Positions 9,294 through 20,099 are shown, numbered from the stretch's first letter. The stretch is 53,134 nt of DNA from an uncultured Candidatus Saccharibacteria bacterium (GCA_964580495.1 CAZOKE010000002.1:1-53134), one strand, 5' to 3'. Translations and numbers: made by a program. Notes: generated from the letters alone by a model not told the origin.

Positions 9294-9779
9294 ATGGCTG
9301 ATAATTTAGAACATGTTAAATCAAAAATCCAGGAACTTTTTTCGCATATGGAAATTCCAGTCGAGATTCACGAACGGCAGGAAGAAGGCCGGACGGTTTT
9401 GAATTTGAAAACTCCAGAAGCTCAAATCTTGATCGGCAAACAAGGAGCAAACCTGGAGGCGCTGCAGCATATCATCCGGCTTTTGGCGCGAGATGAGGAC
9501 GACAAAACTCCTTTTGCCATCGACATCGATGATTATAAAGAGAAACGACAGATTTATTTGAAAGAAATTGCCAGAAAGGCCGCGCATCAGGCGCGCAGTT
9601 CCGGCCGTTCCGTCGCACTCTTCCCCATGACTGCTTCCGAACGCCGAGTAGTGCATAATTATCTCTCGCTGTTTTCCGACCTTTCATCTGAATCGCAAGG
9701 CAAAGACCCAAATCGCCGGATCGTGATCAGGCTCAATAAGAAAACCAAAGACGACTTTAACTTTATCGAGAATATGTAA
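9294..9779 (+). CDS. jag: Jag/KhpB-type RNA-binding protein (KH plus R3H)
   Basis: 161 aa. GKQGANLEALQHI (KH-like) and ERRVVHNYL (R3H-like). Follows yidC. Confidence 0.75.
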   Translation: MADNLEHVKSKIQELFSHMEIPVEIHERQEEGRTVLNLKTPEAQILIGKQGANLEALQHIIRLLARDEDDKTPFAIDIDDYKEKRQIYLKEIARKAAHQARSSGRSVALFPMTASERRVVHNYLSLFSDLSSESQGKDPNRRIVIRLNKKTKDDFNFIENM

Positions 9780-9783
9780 ATTT

Positions 9784-9810
9784 AAAAAACCTCCTCTTGG
9801 AGGTTTTTTT
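9784..9810. terminator. Bidirectional intrinsic terminator
   Basis: aaaaaacctcc-tctt-ggaggtttttt between the convergent jag and the 9821..11011 gene. Confidence 0.8.
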
Positions 9811-9820
9811 GTAGGCAGAA

Positions 9821-11011
9821 TTATTTGATGTAGAAAACTGAAACCATAAACCAAAACAGAACAGATAAATCGTTTTTGAAGTAAGGAACGTCGACTAATC
9901 CATGGACCACGACCGCGACCAGGAAAGCGCTCGCCGCAAACCGATACCAGTTGGGGCTGATCCGATACTCTTTTAGTGTCACAATGATTATTCCCAAGAA
10001 GCTTAAGAGTCCCAAAATTCCCATCTCGACCCAAAAGTTTAGGAAGATGTTATGAGGATAATTGAGAATCTCGCCTTGGAAATTTTGTTGGGCCAATGTC
10101 GTCCGAAATCCGTACAATCCATTGCCAAATAAGGGGTTTTGAATGATTTTATTTACCGCCGCGGACATGAGTTTGGAATGCGCGGTTGAAGACGGATCAT
10201 GCAGGATTAGGCTTATCCTGTCCCTGGTTTGGGGCACCGCAACGAAGATTAAAAGCGCAATCGCGCCGATGCCAAAAACTTGCTTCCAGGGGTAGCGTAT
10301 GAGCAAAAGCAGCAGTGCTGTAAAAGTTACAGCCAGCCACGCTCCTCGAGAGAACGTCAGCATCAATGCAAATAATATTATAATCAAGCCAACCGCTAAA
10401 TTTTTGCCGTTCACAACCTTGTCGCTAGCCAAAAGCATAGCAAAAAAGAATGTTGCCAAGGGTGCTAAGTATAAAGCTAAAGCATTGGGATAATCGAAAA
10501 ACGAAGTGATGCGCTCGACTTCGACTCCGGTGCCCCAGAACCGCATGGGCAAATTCCAGAGAGTGAAATATTGAATGATGCCGAAGATGCTGATTATGAC
10601 TGCTGATAAAAACAACAGATTCAGCGGGGGCTTAAGGTCATTTGGCTTTTTAATTACCAAACGCACGGCATAGAAAAACAGGGTCGGCTCCAGAATAAAA
10701 GCTTTGAATTCTCCCAAGGCTTTGGCTTTTTCCGGAGAAACTAAAACCGAGATTGCGCCCGCCGCAAGAAAGGCCACAACCATCCAATTTATTGTCTTGA
10801 ACTGTTTCAGCTGGCCCAGATGGTTGAGGTTGGTTAAAAAAGTTATGGCCAAAAAAACCAGGACTAGCAATTCCAAGAAAGTTGTGGGGATTCCCTGGAA
10901 CTCATAGCGGATTAGGTAAGTCGGCAACAGGGCCAAAATTAAACCAACTGCAAAAGTTGGTTTTTGGTGGGCAACGAGCGCAAAAATTATCAGTAATATT
11001 CCAAGGACCAT
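9821..11011 (-). CDS. O-antigen ligase-like (Wzy_C-type) polytopic membrane protein
   Basis: 396 aa, about 10 hydrophobic segments, loop FSRGAWLAV. Starts 4 nt after the PBP1A stop. Confidence 0.6.
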   Translation of the reverse strand: MVLGILLIIFALVAHQKPTFAVGLILALLPTYLIRYEFQGIPTTFLELLVLVFLAITFLTNLNHLGQLKQFKTINWMVVAFLAAGAISVLVSPEKAKALGEFKAFILEPTLFFYAVRLVIKKPNDLKPPLNLLFLSAVIISIFGIIQYFTLWNLPMRFWGTGVEVERITSFFDYPNALALYLAPLATFFFAMLLASDKVVNGKNLAVGLIIILFALMLTFSRGAWLAVTFTALLLLLIRYPWKQVFGIGAIALLIFVAVPQTRDRISLILHDPSSTAHSKLMSAAVNKIIQNPLFGNGLYGFRTTLAQQNFQGEILNYPHNIFLNFWVEMGILGLLSFLGIIIVTLKEYRISPNWYRFAASAFLVAVVVHGLVDVPYFKNDLSVLFWFMVSVFYIK

Positions 11012-11014
11012 TTT

Positions 11015-13561
11015 TTATTTGACGTTAATGTTGACGCGGATGCTGTTGGTGATTGAAGTGCCGTTTGAAAGCTTGGCAGTAGCGCTAAGCGTCTGCCAGC
11101 CGTTCTTTGCCGTGGTCACAGTGAAAGTGTAAGGGTTGGTAGTAACCTCCCCCATCGGTATGCCATCGAGGTTTAAATCGACGGCGGTAACCGGATTGTT
11201 CCCAACACTAATTTGGACTGTAAATGGCAGCGAATTTATTTCTTGGCTGTCCTGTGGAGTCAAGAATTGGATTTGGCTTTGCGTGAAGGCTGGATTTACC
11301 GAACCATTGTCGGATTGTGTCGGAGGATAGCTGTATCCGTTTAACGAAGCCCAGGCTTGCACCGGAACTTCCCATGACGGGTCGTTTGGTCTTTCAGAAT
11401 GGATCACAGTATAGACTCTGGTTTCGACCAAATCGGGTGGTGTTTGATCAGTTGCCAAAAGTCCGTTGAGCTTGTTTATTTTGACGGCTACATGGACATC
11501 ATCATAATCTTGCGGGATAGCAAAGCTGGCAAAGACTTCTTCTTTAGTGGAAGGGGTATACTGGGTTGGCAGTTTTCCGGAAATTGAGTCAACTAAAACA
11601 TGCTGGATTCCCGGTGGTTCCTGGAATTGTTCCGGGGGTGTGCCTTTGAGCGCGTTTAACATAAATTGGTGCCAAATCGGCCCGGCAGTCACGACGCCGT
11701 CAGCGCCGGCGCGCATTGGCGAGCCATCGGTGTTGCCGGTCCAGACTCCGGCTACCAGCGAAGGAGTAAAACCCATGGTCCAACCGTCTTTCCAAGACTG
11801 CGTAGTTCCGGTTTTAGCTGCCACAACTCGGTCCGGGAGAATTAAGGGCGAGTTGGCGCCGAAGATAAATGTTCGAGCGTCGTTATCGGTCATAATAGAA
11901 TCGATTTCATAAGCGACTTGCGGGTCCAAGGCTTCTGTTCCTGAATCCGGCTGCCATTCGGAAAGGGTTTGGCCTTTCGAATCAGTAACTTTGAGAATGT
12001 CGACAGGATCATGTTTGACTCCCATGTTGGCAAACACGCCCATGGCTGCGGTGTGGTCAAAAAGTTCAATTTCGCATCCGCCAAGCACCAAAGACAGCCC
12101 GCATTTATCCGCGCTGATATCGGAACTAATACCCATATCTTTCATGGTATCAATGGCGTTTTGCACACCCACCAAGGACAAAGTTTTGACCGCAGGTACG
12201 TTTAGGGATCCGGCCAAGGCCTTGCGCATGTTGAGCACGCCGTGGTCTTTGCCGTCATAGTTGTGCGGGATGTAATCTTTGCCCTGATAAGTTCCAAAAT
12301 TGGTAGCCACATCCACTAGCATGGTCGCCGGAGACATCCCCTGCTTGAAAGCGGTGGCGTAGATGTAGGGTTTGATCGATGAACCTGGCTGCAGGGGCCG
12401 CAATGTGACATTCACTTGGCCATCGATTGCTTCGTTGAAATAATCTACGGACCCAACCATGGCCAAAACCTGGCCGGTCTTCGGGTCCATGGCAACCAAA
12501 CCGGCGTTATTGGCTTTGTTATACTTGATGTTTCGAGCGACTCCGTCTTTCACGGCTTGGTCAGCAATTTGCTGCAGGTTCCAATCCAAACTTGTGACGA
12601 CATTCAGCCCGCCGGCTTCCAAAGTTTGTTCGCCGTATTTTTCTGCCAGCTGCTGCTCGACGTATTGGATAAAGTGTCCGGCAATGGCAAAGTTTGCGCC
12701 GGTATCTTTGGTTTTGCTAAACGTCACTTTCTCGGCTTTAGCGCTGTCGCGCTGATCTTTGGTGATGTAACCTTGATCATACATCGCGTCCAAAACAATG
12801 TTTTTGCGGGCGTTGAGTTTATCCCGGTTGGGCCCGTTGGGGTTGTACAGACTTGGGGCTTGCGGCAAGCTGGCCAAATACGCGGCCTGGGCGAGGTCGA
12901 GATCTTTTGCGTCTTTATTGAAGTAAGTTTGGGCCGCAGCTTGGATGCCGTAAGCATTCTGCCCGTAAGGAATTTCGTTTAGGTAGAGCTTGAGGATGTC
13001 GTCTTTCGAGAATTTTTGGCCTATTTCTATTGCCAAAACCAGTTCTTTAATTTTCCTGGTTAAGGTTTTTTCCCTGGTTAAAATAGCGTTGCGTACGAAT
13101 TGCTGGGTAATTGTCGATCCGCCCTGAGACGCGCTGCCGTGCAAAATGTCTACATAGATTGAGCGCAAAATTCCGCGCCAGTCCACGCCGGGATTTTTAT
13201 AGAAATTTTTGTCTTCAATGGCGATCGTTGCCTGTGCCACATAAGGCGGCAAGTTTTTGGGGTCCACCAGGGTTCGCTTAACTTCGCCATGCACCTCATA
13301 AAGCAAAGTCGTGCCGTCTCGCGCATAAATTTTGGTTGATTGCGGGATCACTCGGGTGTTTAGTTTATTTGGGTCCGGCAGTGAGAGGGCCACTACTGCA
13401 AAAGTCAGGCTTCCTGCAATAAGAATCAAAGCAAAAAAATACAAGACGATCTTGATTATGGTCGTCCTTCGTTGTTTTGCATTACCTCGAATCAGATTCT
13501 CCCAAGTTTTTTGGAGGTTTTGAACAGCTATTTGTAAATATTTCTTGATTGTGTTGATCAT
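11015..13561 (-). CDS. Bifunctional class A penicillin-binding protein (glycosyltransferase plus transpeptidase) with a C-terminal beta-rich extension
   Basis: GT51 motifs EDKNFYKNPGVD and GGSTITQQ. Transpeptidase motifs SSIKP and KTGTT. N-terminal membrane anchor. Confidence 0.9.
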   Translation of the reverse strand: MINTIKKYLQIAVQNLQKTWENLIRGNAKQRRTTIIKIVLYFFALILIAGSLTFAVVALSLPDPNKLNTRVIPQSTKIYARDGTTLLYEVHGEVKRTLVDPKNLPPYVAQATIAIEDKNFYKNPGVDWRGILRSIYVDILHGSASQGGSTITQQFVRNAILTREKTLTRKIKELVLAIEIGQKFSKDDILKLYLNEIPYGQNAYGIQAAAQTYFNKDAKDLDLAQAAYLASLPQAPSLYNPNGPNRDKLNARKNIVLDAMYDQGYITKDQRDSAKAEKVTFSKTKDTGANFAIAGHFIQYVEQQLAEKYGEQTLEAGGLNVVTSLDWNLQQIADQAVKDGVARNIKYNKANNAGLVAMDPKTGQVLAMVGSVDYFNEAIDGQVNVTLRPLQPGSSIKPYIYATAFKQGMSPATMLVDVATNFGTYQGKDYIPHNYDGKDHGVLNMRKALAGSLNVPAVKTLSLVGVQNAIDTMKDMGISSDISADKCGLSLVLGGCEIELFDHTAAMGVFANMGVKHDPVDILKVTDSKGQTLSEWQPDSGTEALDPQVAYEIDSIMTDNDARTFIFGANSPLILPDRVVAAKTGTTQSWKDGWTMGFTPSLVAGVWTGNTDGSPMRAGADGVVTAGPIWHQFMLNALKGTPPEQFQEPPGIQHVLVDSISGKLPTQYTPSTKEEVFASFAIPQDYDDVHVAVKINKLNGLLATDQTPPDLVETRVYTVIHSERPNDPSWEVPVQAWASLNGYSYPPTQSDNGSVNPAFTQSQIQFLTPQDSQEINSLPFTVQISVGNNPVTAVDLNLDGIPMGEVTTNPYTFTVTTAKNGWQTLSATAKLSNGTSITNSIRVNINVK

Positions 13562-13606
13562 ATCAATTGCCTACTAATTGTACCAAAAAACTGGTATAAT
13601 TGGAAT

Positions 13607-13634
13607 GAATTAGGAATTATGAATTAGGAATTAT
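13607..13634. repeat. Tandem 2 x 14-nt duplication (gaattaggaattat) spanning the tyrS start
   Basis: 13607-13620 equals 13621-13634. The second copy supplies the first two bases of the tyrS ATG (13633-13635). Confidence 0.9.
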
Positions 13635-14805
13635 GAATCAAAACCAAATTGATGATATATTGAACCGCGGCGTGGAAGAAATTATAGACCGCAAGCACCT
13701 GGAAGAGAAACTGAAAACAAAATCCAAATTGCGGGTAAAACTTGGCATTGATCCGACTTCGCCGAACATTCACATCGGCCGCGCGGTGGTGCTCTGGAAA
13801 CTTCGAGCATTTCAAGAGCTGGGACACCAAGTGGTTTTGATTGTCGGAGATTTTACCGGTTTGGTTGGTGACACTTCCGATAAAGATGCCGAACGCCCCA
13901 TGCTGACGGAGCAAGAAATTGAAAAAAACCAGAAGAGTTATTTCGACCAGGCCTTTAAAATCCTTGATAAATCCAAAACTGAAACCGAATACAACTCCAA
14001 GTGGCTTAAAAAATTGGGTTTTGTTGAAATTGCCAAGATGGCCGACCTTTTCGGTTTGCATGAGTTCTCTGCCCGTGAAAATATTGCCAAAAGGCTGAAT
14101 GCCGGGAAGAGGGTGGGCTTGCGTGAGCTGATGTATCCGCTGATGCAGGGTTACGATTCTGTAGCAGTAAAAGCAGATGTCGAACTCGGTGGCACTGACC
14201 AGCGATTTAACCTGCTGGCCGGACGCACTATCCAACCTTTATACAATCAAGAGCCCCAAGATATTTTAATGACTACACTTATGGAAGGAACAGACGGACG
14301 GAAAATGAGCTCTTCGTGGGGCAATGTCATCAATATTACTGATGAGCCAAATGACATGTTCGGCAAAGTCATGTCGATCAAAGATGATTTGATCATAAAA
14401 TATTTTACGCTTGCTACTCGCGTGCCTTTGGCCGAAATTGAAGAGATTAAGAAGGAATTGGCAAAAGCCAATCCTCGCGATATCAAAATACGACTCGCTA
14501 CCGAAATAGTTACGCTTTATTATAGCCAGACTCAAGCCTTGGAAGCAGCGAATGAATTTGAGAAAGTTTTCAGCAAAAAAGAAAAACCGACCGATATCGA
14601 GGAAGTAGTATTAAATGTTAGAGTCGCAGATGAGGTGCTGGTTCAATCTGGTTTGGCGGTTAGCAAGAGCGAAGCTAAACGGTTAATCGAACAAGGCGGT
14701 GTGCGGGTGGATGATGTCAAAGTCACTGATCCTAAAGAAGAGTTGGAACTGAAATCTGGAAGCATTATCCAAGTTGGTCCCAGGAAATTTAAAAAAATAA
14801 AATAG
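13633..14805 (+). CDS. tyrS: Tyrosyl-tRNA synthetase
   Basis: Class I motifs PNIHIGR (HIGH-like) and KMSSS. C-terminal S4-like domain (KSEAKRLIEQGGVRVD). Confidence 0.85.
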   Translation: MNQNQIDDILNRGVEEIIDRKHLEEKLKTKSKLRVKLGIDPTSPNIHIGRAVVLWKLRAFQELGHQVVLIVGDFTGLVGDTSDKDAERPMLTEQEIEKNQKSYFDQAFKILDKSKTETEYNSKWLKKLGFVEIAKMADLFGLHEFSARENIAKRLNAGKRVGLRELMYPLMQGYDSVAVKADVELGGTDQRFNLLAGRTIQPLYNQEPQDILMTTLMEGTDGRKMSSSWGNVINITDEPNDMFGKVMSIKDDLIIKYFTLATRVPLAEIEEIKKELAKANPRDIKIRLATEIVTLYYSQTQALEAANEFEKVFSKKEKPTDIEEVVLNVRVADEVLVQSGLAVSKSEAKRLIEQGGVRVDDVKVTDPKEELELKSGSIIQVGPRKFKKIK

Positions 14806-14828
14806 ACCTCCGAAAGAGGTCTTTTTTA
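14804..14828. terminator. Bidirectional intrinsic terminator between tyrS and ruvC
   Basis: agacctc-cgaaa-gaggtct followed by a T-run. Overlaps both stop codons. Confidence 0.8.
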
Positions 14829-15293
14829 TTTCCGTCCAATCCCTGCCCAAGCTATGGCCACAGCGTCTGCTGCGTCATCCGGCTTGGGTATTTTTTTTAG
14901 GTTCAAAAGCTTGACGATCATGGTTTCCACTTGCTTCTTATCCGCTTTGCCATAGCCTGTGACAGACATTTTTACTTGCAGAGGCGTGATATCAATTATT
15001 TTTAGTCCGTGATTTGCTGCCGTGACCAGAATTGCGCCTCGAGCTTGGGCCACGCTGATCGCGGTTTTTTGGTTAGAGATAAAATACAGTGACTCGATCG
15101 CCATGATTTCCGGCTTCCATTTTTGTATGATGTCAGATAAGTCATCTTGAATTTCCAAAAGCCGGCCTGAATCAGGCTGGCCGGCATTGGTGACAATACA
15201 GCCGGCCTGCAGCAGTTTGATGCTTTTTTTGTCTTGCTCCAGCACGGCAAATCCGCACCGGCCAATGCCTGGGTCTATTCCTAATATCTTCAT
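14826..15293 (-). CDS. ruvC: Holliday junction resolvase RuvC
   Basis: MKILGIDPGIGRCGFAV... The track ORF starts at a TTG at 15302. The ATG at 15293 gives the canonical N-terminus. Confidence 0.85.
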   Translation of the reverse strand: MKILGIDPGIGRCGFAVLEQDKKSIKLLQAGCIVTNAGQPDSGRLLEIQDDLSDIIQKWKPEIMAIESLYFISNQKTAISVAQARGAILVTAANHGLKIIDITPLQVKMSVTGYGKADKKQVETMIVKLLNLKKIPKPDDAADAVAIAWAGIGRK

Positions 15294-15311
15294 AAAGTTC
15301 AAATTTCAAAA

Positions 15312-15387
15312 CCCAAAGCTCAAATATGTTTGGATATTAAAATAATAAAAATTAAAATATTTTGAATTTTGGATTTTGAGCTTTGGG
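15312..15387. repeat. Long intergenic hairpin built from short repeated words
   Basis: cccaaagctcaaa (15312-15324) pairs perfectly with tttgagctttggg (15375-15387). The 12-mer ttttggattttg (15367-15378) recurs at 39800-39811. Confidence 0.8.
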
Positions 15388-15389
15388 AT

Positions 15390-16112
15390 TTAAAGATTAG
15401 CGCTTGTGTGCACGGCGATGACATCATCATTGTTTTCCAAATCAGCAAACAAAGCATCGACTTTGGGTTTTTGGTCTTCTGTAAGGTCAACGCCTTGGCT
15501 GGATTCTTGGATAACATCGGCTTTGGCGATTTTTGCCCCGGCTTTGGCCAGCGCGTCTTTGATTTTCTGCAAATTCAAAGGGAGGGTGTATACTTCCAGG
15601 CCGTCAGCAGATTCCCTCACATCTTCTGCTCCGGCATCAATTGCCGCCAGCTCCAAATCAGACAAATCAGAGCAATTGTCGCGCTCAACTAGAATCTGGC
15701 CTTTGGTTGAGAACTGCCAAGCCACGCTTCCCTGCGCTCCCAGATTCCCCTGGTGCTTGGCGAAAATATGTTTGATGTTATTGACGGTGCGATTCGGATT
15801 ATCCGTTACCGCTTCGACGATAAAAGCAGTGCCATATGGGCCGTAGCCTTCGTAAGTGACTTCTTCAATAGCATCTTTGCCTTCGCCGGCTCCCCTTTTG
15901 ATAGCCCGATCAATGTTGTCGTTGGGCATGGATGCGGCTTTGGCGCGATCCACTGCCATGCGCAATTGGAAATTAAATGCAGGATCTGCTCCGCCGCCTG
16001 TGCGCACCGCCACAGAAATTGTTTTTGCCAATTTCGTAAACAGCTGGCCGCGCTTTGCATCAGTTATGGCCTTGGCCCGTTTAGTTGTCGCCCATTTACT
16101 GTGTCCTGACAT
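15390..16112 (-). CDS. yebC: YebC/PmpR-family transcriptional regulator
   Basis: MSGHSKWATTKR... canonical N-terminus from the ATG at 16112. The track ORF extends to 16145. Confidence 0.9.
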   Translation of the reverse strand: MSGHSKWATTKRAKAITDAKRGQLFTKLAKTISVAVRTGGGADPAFNFQLRMAVDRAKAASMPNDNIDRAIKRGAGEGKDAIEEVTYEGYGPYGTAFIVEAVTDNPNRTVNNIKHIFAKHQGNLGAQGSVAWQFSTKGQILVERDNCSDLSDLELAAIDAGAEDVRESADGLEVYTLPLNLQKIKDALAKAGAKIAKADVIQESSQGVDLTEDQKPKVDALFADLENNDDVIAVHTSANL

Positions 16113-16178
16113 AAAATTAAAATTACGGATTGACGAATTACGCATAGCAATTCGGAATCCGTAATTCGTAATTACAAA

Positions 16179-18635
16179 CTAGATAATCGTTGTTGTAGCG
16201 ACCTTGTCTCCAGAATCCAAAGTCATGACTCGCACGCCTTGGGTGGCGCGGCCTAAGGTTGAGATTTTACCAATAGGTGTGCGCAGAGTCTGGCCGAGTT
16301 TGGAGATGATGACCAGGTCGTGCTCTTCGGATTTGTCGATGACGTGCAAGGATACTATGGGGCCGGTCTTGGGAGTGACTTTTACTGTTTTGATTCCGCT
16401 TCCTCCCCGATGCTGGATTTTGTATTGATTCAAGTCCGTTTTTTTGCCCAGACCATTCTCGGTTACGATCAAGATTTGCAAATTATCGACTTTGTCTTTT
16501 TTCCAAATCAAATCCATGCTCATCAGATAATCGCCCTTTCGAATCCGGATACCTCGGACACCCGCAGCGGTCCGGCCCATGGGCCGGACATCTTTTTCTT
16601 GGAACCTAATGGCTTGTCCAAGTGAGGTAGAGAGGATAATGTCGTCGTTGCCGGTGGAGTATTTAACCCAGCGCAATTCATCGCCGGTATGGAGCTTGAT
16701 CGCAATCAAGCCAGAGCGTCGGACTTTAGCGAATTCTTCAATCGGGGTTTTCTTTATTAACCCTTGTTTAGTGCAAAGCACGAGGAATTTGGCTTGGGTC
16801 TTCTTGGATATTGTCAGTACCGATGACACCATTTCGCCGTTTGGCAAATCCAGGAAATTGACCAAGGCTTGTCCCCTCGCTGTGCGCGAGCCTTCGGGCA
16901 ATTCGTAAACTTTGGTCTGGAATACGCGGCCTTTGTTGGAGAAGAATAGGATATCATCGTGGGTATTGGTAGTCTGCAGCCATTCCACCACGTCTTCTTC
17001 TTTGGTTGTCATGCCAATCACGCCCTTACCGCCGCGGCCTTGAGTCTTGTAAGTGTCTGGGGGCAGGCGTTTGACATAGCCGGATTTGGTGACGATGACC
17101 ATCGCTTGCTGTTCCGGGATCAAATCTTCGGCTTTGAATTCTCCAATGCCGGTTTTCACCAACTGTGTTCGGCGTTCATCGCCATATTTTTCTTTAATCT
17201 CGATAAGTTCTTTTTTGATGAGTTCCCGTTTCTTTTTGTCGCTCTTCAAAAGCTCTTCCAATTCCGCGATAAGTTTTTTCTTTTCTTTCAATTCATCTTC
17301 GACTTTTTTGCGTTCCAAACCGGCCAAGGCGCGGAGCTGCATCTGCAAAATGGCTGTGGCCTGCTTGTCGGAGAGCTTAAACTTTTTCATCAACGCGGCA
17401 TGTGCTTCTTCAGTGGTATCCGAGCTGCGAATAGTGGAAATTATTCGGTCAATATGATCCAGCGCGATTTTTAACCCTTCCAAGATATGTTCGCGGTCGC
17501 GGGCTTTGGTCAAATCAAATTGGGTGCGGCGAGTAATTACGACATACCGGTGCTCGATGTAATATTCCAAAATATTTTTCAAATTCAGAACTTGCGGCTC
17601 GATGCCGTCAACCAAAGCCAGCATGTTGACGTGGAAAGTTTCTTGCAAACTGGAGTATTTGAACAGTTGATTGAGAATCTTGTTTGGCAGGCCGTCTTTT
17701 TTTAAATCAATGACAATCCGCACCCCATCTTTGTCGGATTCGTCGCGCAAGTCGCGGATGCCTTCCACTCTTTTGTCGCGGACCAGCTCGGCGAACTGTT
17801 CGAGCAGCGTCGCTTTATTCACGCGGTAAGGGATTTCGGAAATGATGATTTGGTGGTTGCCTTTTTCCTCGATAATTTCGGTTTTGGCGCGCATAACTAT
17901 CGGGCCTTTCCCGGTAGCATAGGTTTGCTTGATGGCATTCCAGTCGTAAATAATGCCGCCGGTCGGAAAATCCGGGCCTTTGACGAATTCCATGAGGTCC
18001 TCGGTTGTGGCTTCTGGGTCATCAATCAGTTTGACAGTGGCATCGATGATTTCGCTGATGTTATGCGGCGGAATGTCTGTGGCCATGCCGACGGCAATGC
18101 CCAAAGTGCCGTTCAATAAAAGCTGCGGCGCTTTGGCTGGCAAAACTTTCGGTTCTTTTTCGGTAGCGTCATAGTTGTCGGCCCAGTCCACAGTGTCCTT
18201 TTCCAGGTCAGCCAGCATTTCTTCGGCAATCGCGCTCATGCGAGCTTCGGTGTAACGCATGGCGGCCGGAGAGTCGCCATCCATGGAACCGAAGTTGCCT
18301 TGGCCGTCGACAAGCATGTAGCGCATGGCAAAATTTTGAGCCAGTCGCGCCAGTGCATCATAAACCGACAAGTCTCCATGAGGGTGGTATTTACCCAAAA
18401 CTTCTCCGACGATCTTGGCGGATTTTGTGGTTTTGACATTGTGCCGCAAGCCCATGTTGCTCATGGCATACAAAATGCGCCGAGCAACTGGTTTAAGGCC
18501 GTCGCGTACGTCGGGCAAGGCGCGGGCAACAATCACACTCATCGCGTAGTCGAGGTAAGACTCTTCCATTTCGCGCTCAATTGCGCGGGCGTTTATGGTG
18601 CCGATATCGAATTTTTTTGGTTCTTCTTTGGCCAT
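16179..18635 (-). CDS. gyrA: DNA gyrase subunit A
   Basis: 818 aa. [12 protein letters not shown] and [10 protein letters not shown] (active-site Tyr region). C-terminal beta-pinwheel repeats. No gyrB in the window. Confidence 0.95.
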   Translation of the reverse strand: MAKEEPKKFDIGTINARAIEREMEESYLDYAMSVIVARALPDVRDGLKPVARRILYAMSNMGLRHNVKTTKSAKIVGEVLGKYHPHGDLSVYDALARLAQNFAMRYMLVDGQGNFGSMDGDSPAAMRYTEARMSAIAEEMLADLEKDTVDWADNYDATEKEPKVLPAKAPQLLLNGTLGIAVGMATDIPPHNISEIIDATVKLIDDPEATTEDLMEFVKGPDFPTGGIIYDWNAIKQTYATGKGPIVMRAKTEIIEEKGNHQIIISEIPYRVNKATLLEQFAELVRDKRVEGIRDLRDESDKDGVRIVIDLKKDGLPNKILNQLFKYSSLQETFHVNMLALVDGIEPQVLNLKNILEYYIEHRYVVITRRTQFDLTKARDREHILEGLKIALDHIDRIISTIRSSDTTEEAHAALMKKFKLSDKQATAILQMQLRALAGLERKKVEDELKEKKKLIAELEELLKSDKKKRELIKKELIEIKEKYGDERRTQLVKTGIGEFKAEDLIPEQQAMVIVTKSGYVKRLPPDTYKTQGRGGKGVIGMTTKEEDVVEWLQTTNTHDDILFFSNKGRVFQTKVYELPEGSRTARGQALVNFLDLPNGEMVSSVLTISKKTQAKFLVLCTKQGLIKKTPIEEFAKVRRSGLIAIKLHTGDELRWVKYSTGNDDIILSTSLGQAIRFQEKDVRPMGRTAAGVRGIRIRKGDYLMSMDLIWKKDKVDNLQILIVTENGLGKKTDLNQYKIQHRGGSGIKTVKVTPKTGPIVSLHVIDKSEEHDLVIISKLGQTLRTPIGKISTLGRATQGVRVMTLDSGDKVATTTII

Positions 18636-18636
18636 G

Positions 18637-19197
18637 CTAGTTCCTTATGTCTTTAGGTTGAGATAATTTGCTTAAATCGACGTTAACTTGCTCCTTAAAA
18701 GTACTTTGCGGGTTGTTTTCGAATGATAAATTATCGAAAGTCAAGAGACCTGACTTAAATTGGCTGATATCAAATGCAGCAATCCCGAAATTTTGTGTGT
18801 GCGACAGAATTTTTTGGACATAAGGTTGGTTTTGCCGGTCGGTAATTTTCGAAGGATTGTTGTCTTTTCCATTTACGGTTAGCTTAACATCGGCCGGTTT
18901 GGAAAAATTCAAAATGTCACCGGTGTCGTTTTTAACAGAAAAATAAATCAAGAGCTGGTTGTTGGCAATTTCTGCGCCGTCAATTTGGGTGTAGTGCTGG
19001 GCGCTGATTGTGGAAACTTGGGTGTTTGAACCCAACACGCTTTGTTTGTCGAGATTGCCAAATTCCGAACGCAGTCCCAAGATCCAGAGCCCGATTAAGA
19101 TTAAGGTGGAAGCGATGACAGTCCCCCACAGAATTTTTACGCGGGTCTGATACGGCTTATTTTGCAAATTATTGATAAAGCTTTGGATATTGTTCAT
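18637..19197 (-). CDS. Membrane-anchored protein of unknown function
   Basis: 186 aa, single N-terminal TM segment ([21 protein letters not shown]). Its stop lies 1 nt before the gyrA start. Confidence 0.6.
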   Translation of the reverse strand: MNNIQSFINNLQNKPYQTRVKILWGTVIASTLILIGLWILGLRSEFGNLDKQSVLGSNTQVSTISAQHYTQIDGAEIANNQLLIYFSVKNDTGDILNFSKPADVKLTVNGKDNNPSKITDRQNQPYVQKILSHTQNFGIAAFDISQFKSGLLTFDNLSFENNPQSTFKEQVNVDLSKLSQPKDIRN

Positions 19198-19212
19198 CCC
19201 TTTGGAGATTAT

Positions 19213-19845
19213 TTATCTCTGTGGCGTGAGGACTACGATACTGGTGCTCTCGCCAACCAGGTCCTTTTTTTTGATCGTCAATTTGTCTTGTTCCACCGGT
19301 TTGCCGCCCATTTCCTGCAGGAATTTATCGGGTTTCTCCAGATTAAGTTCCAACCCCGGAATTTTATAGGAGTGCGGAATGATTATAAACGGTTCCAGTC
19401 CGGTGGAAATTTTGGCTGCGTCATCAAAGTTTAAAACTTGTTTACCGCCCACAGGGATAAGCACGATATCGGCCCCTTCGAACAAGGCTTTTTGTTCATC
19501 AGTCAGGTTGGGCTGTTTTATTTGACCCATAAACGCAACCCGGATGTCTTCGGCTTCAATCGAATAAATTGTATTTGGTCCGAGTTCTTTGTTTTCGGCA
19601 GCTGCCCCCATGATGAAAATGCCTTTGATATCGTATTCGCCGGGGCCGGTGATCACGAACGGTTCACCTTGCATCGACGCAAAATTGTTGGATGAATCGG
19701 ATTTCGGGTTGGATGAGATAACTATATCTGCCGTGCCGCGGACTGGAGAGAGCCCGGTGCTTTTGCTGCCGAACGGGTCGGTGATTATAGTCACATCTTT
19801 GCTGACAATTTTGAAGCTAGAAAGCCCGTACCAGGAGATAGTCAT
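19213..19845 (-). CDS. Metallo-beta-lactamase-fold hydrolase (UPF0173-like)
   Basis: 210 aa. N-terminus MTISWYGLSSFKI...ITDPF is typical of this family. Confidence 0.6.
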   Translation of the reverse strand: MTISWYGLSSFKIVSKDVTIITDPFGSKSTGLSPVRGTADIVISSNPKSDSSNNFASMQGEPFVITGPGEYDIKGIFIMGAAAENKELGPNTIYSIEAEDIRVAFMGQIKQPNLTDEQKALFEGADIVLIPVGGKQVLNFDDAAKISTGLEPFIIIPHSYKIPGLELNLEKPDKFLQEMGGKPVEQDKLTIKKKDLVGESTSIVVLTPQR

Positions 19846-20099
19846 AAGTCATGTATCATGAAACACGAATCATAACCGAGGTCTTTTAAGCCTTGGTACA
19901 TGATACATGTTACATGCTTTAAGTACACTTTATTCTATCAAATTTCACCCTTTTTGGAAAGGCTTTTTACTCTTGATTTCCGCGCAAAAAAAGCGTATAC
20001 TTTGGAAGATCATGATCCGCCTTTGGCAATGCGCTTTTGGCGGGCAGGAAGGAGTTGGAAAGTCGCAGCGTCGAACATTCCAATAAATATTTCTAAAAC

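Noticed and set aside
13562-13632. A T-box or other riboswitch leader ahead of tyrS.
   Set aside because: Only ~70 nt separate the promoter-like TGgTATAAT from the start codon. There is no specifier or antiterminator architecture, only a 14-nt tandem duplication.
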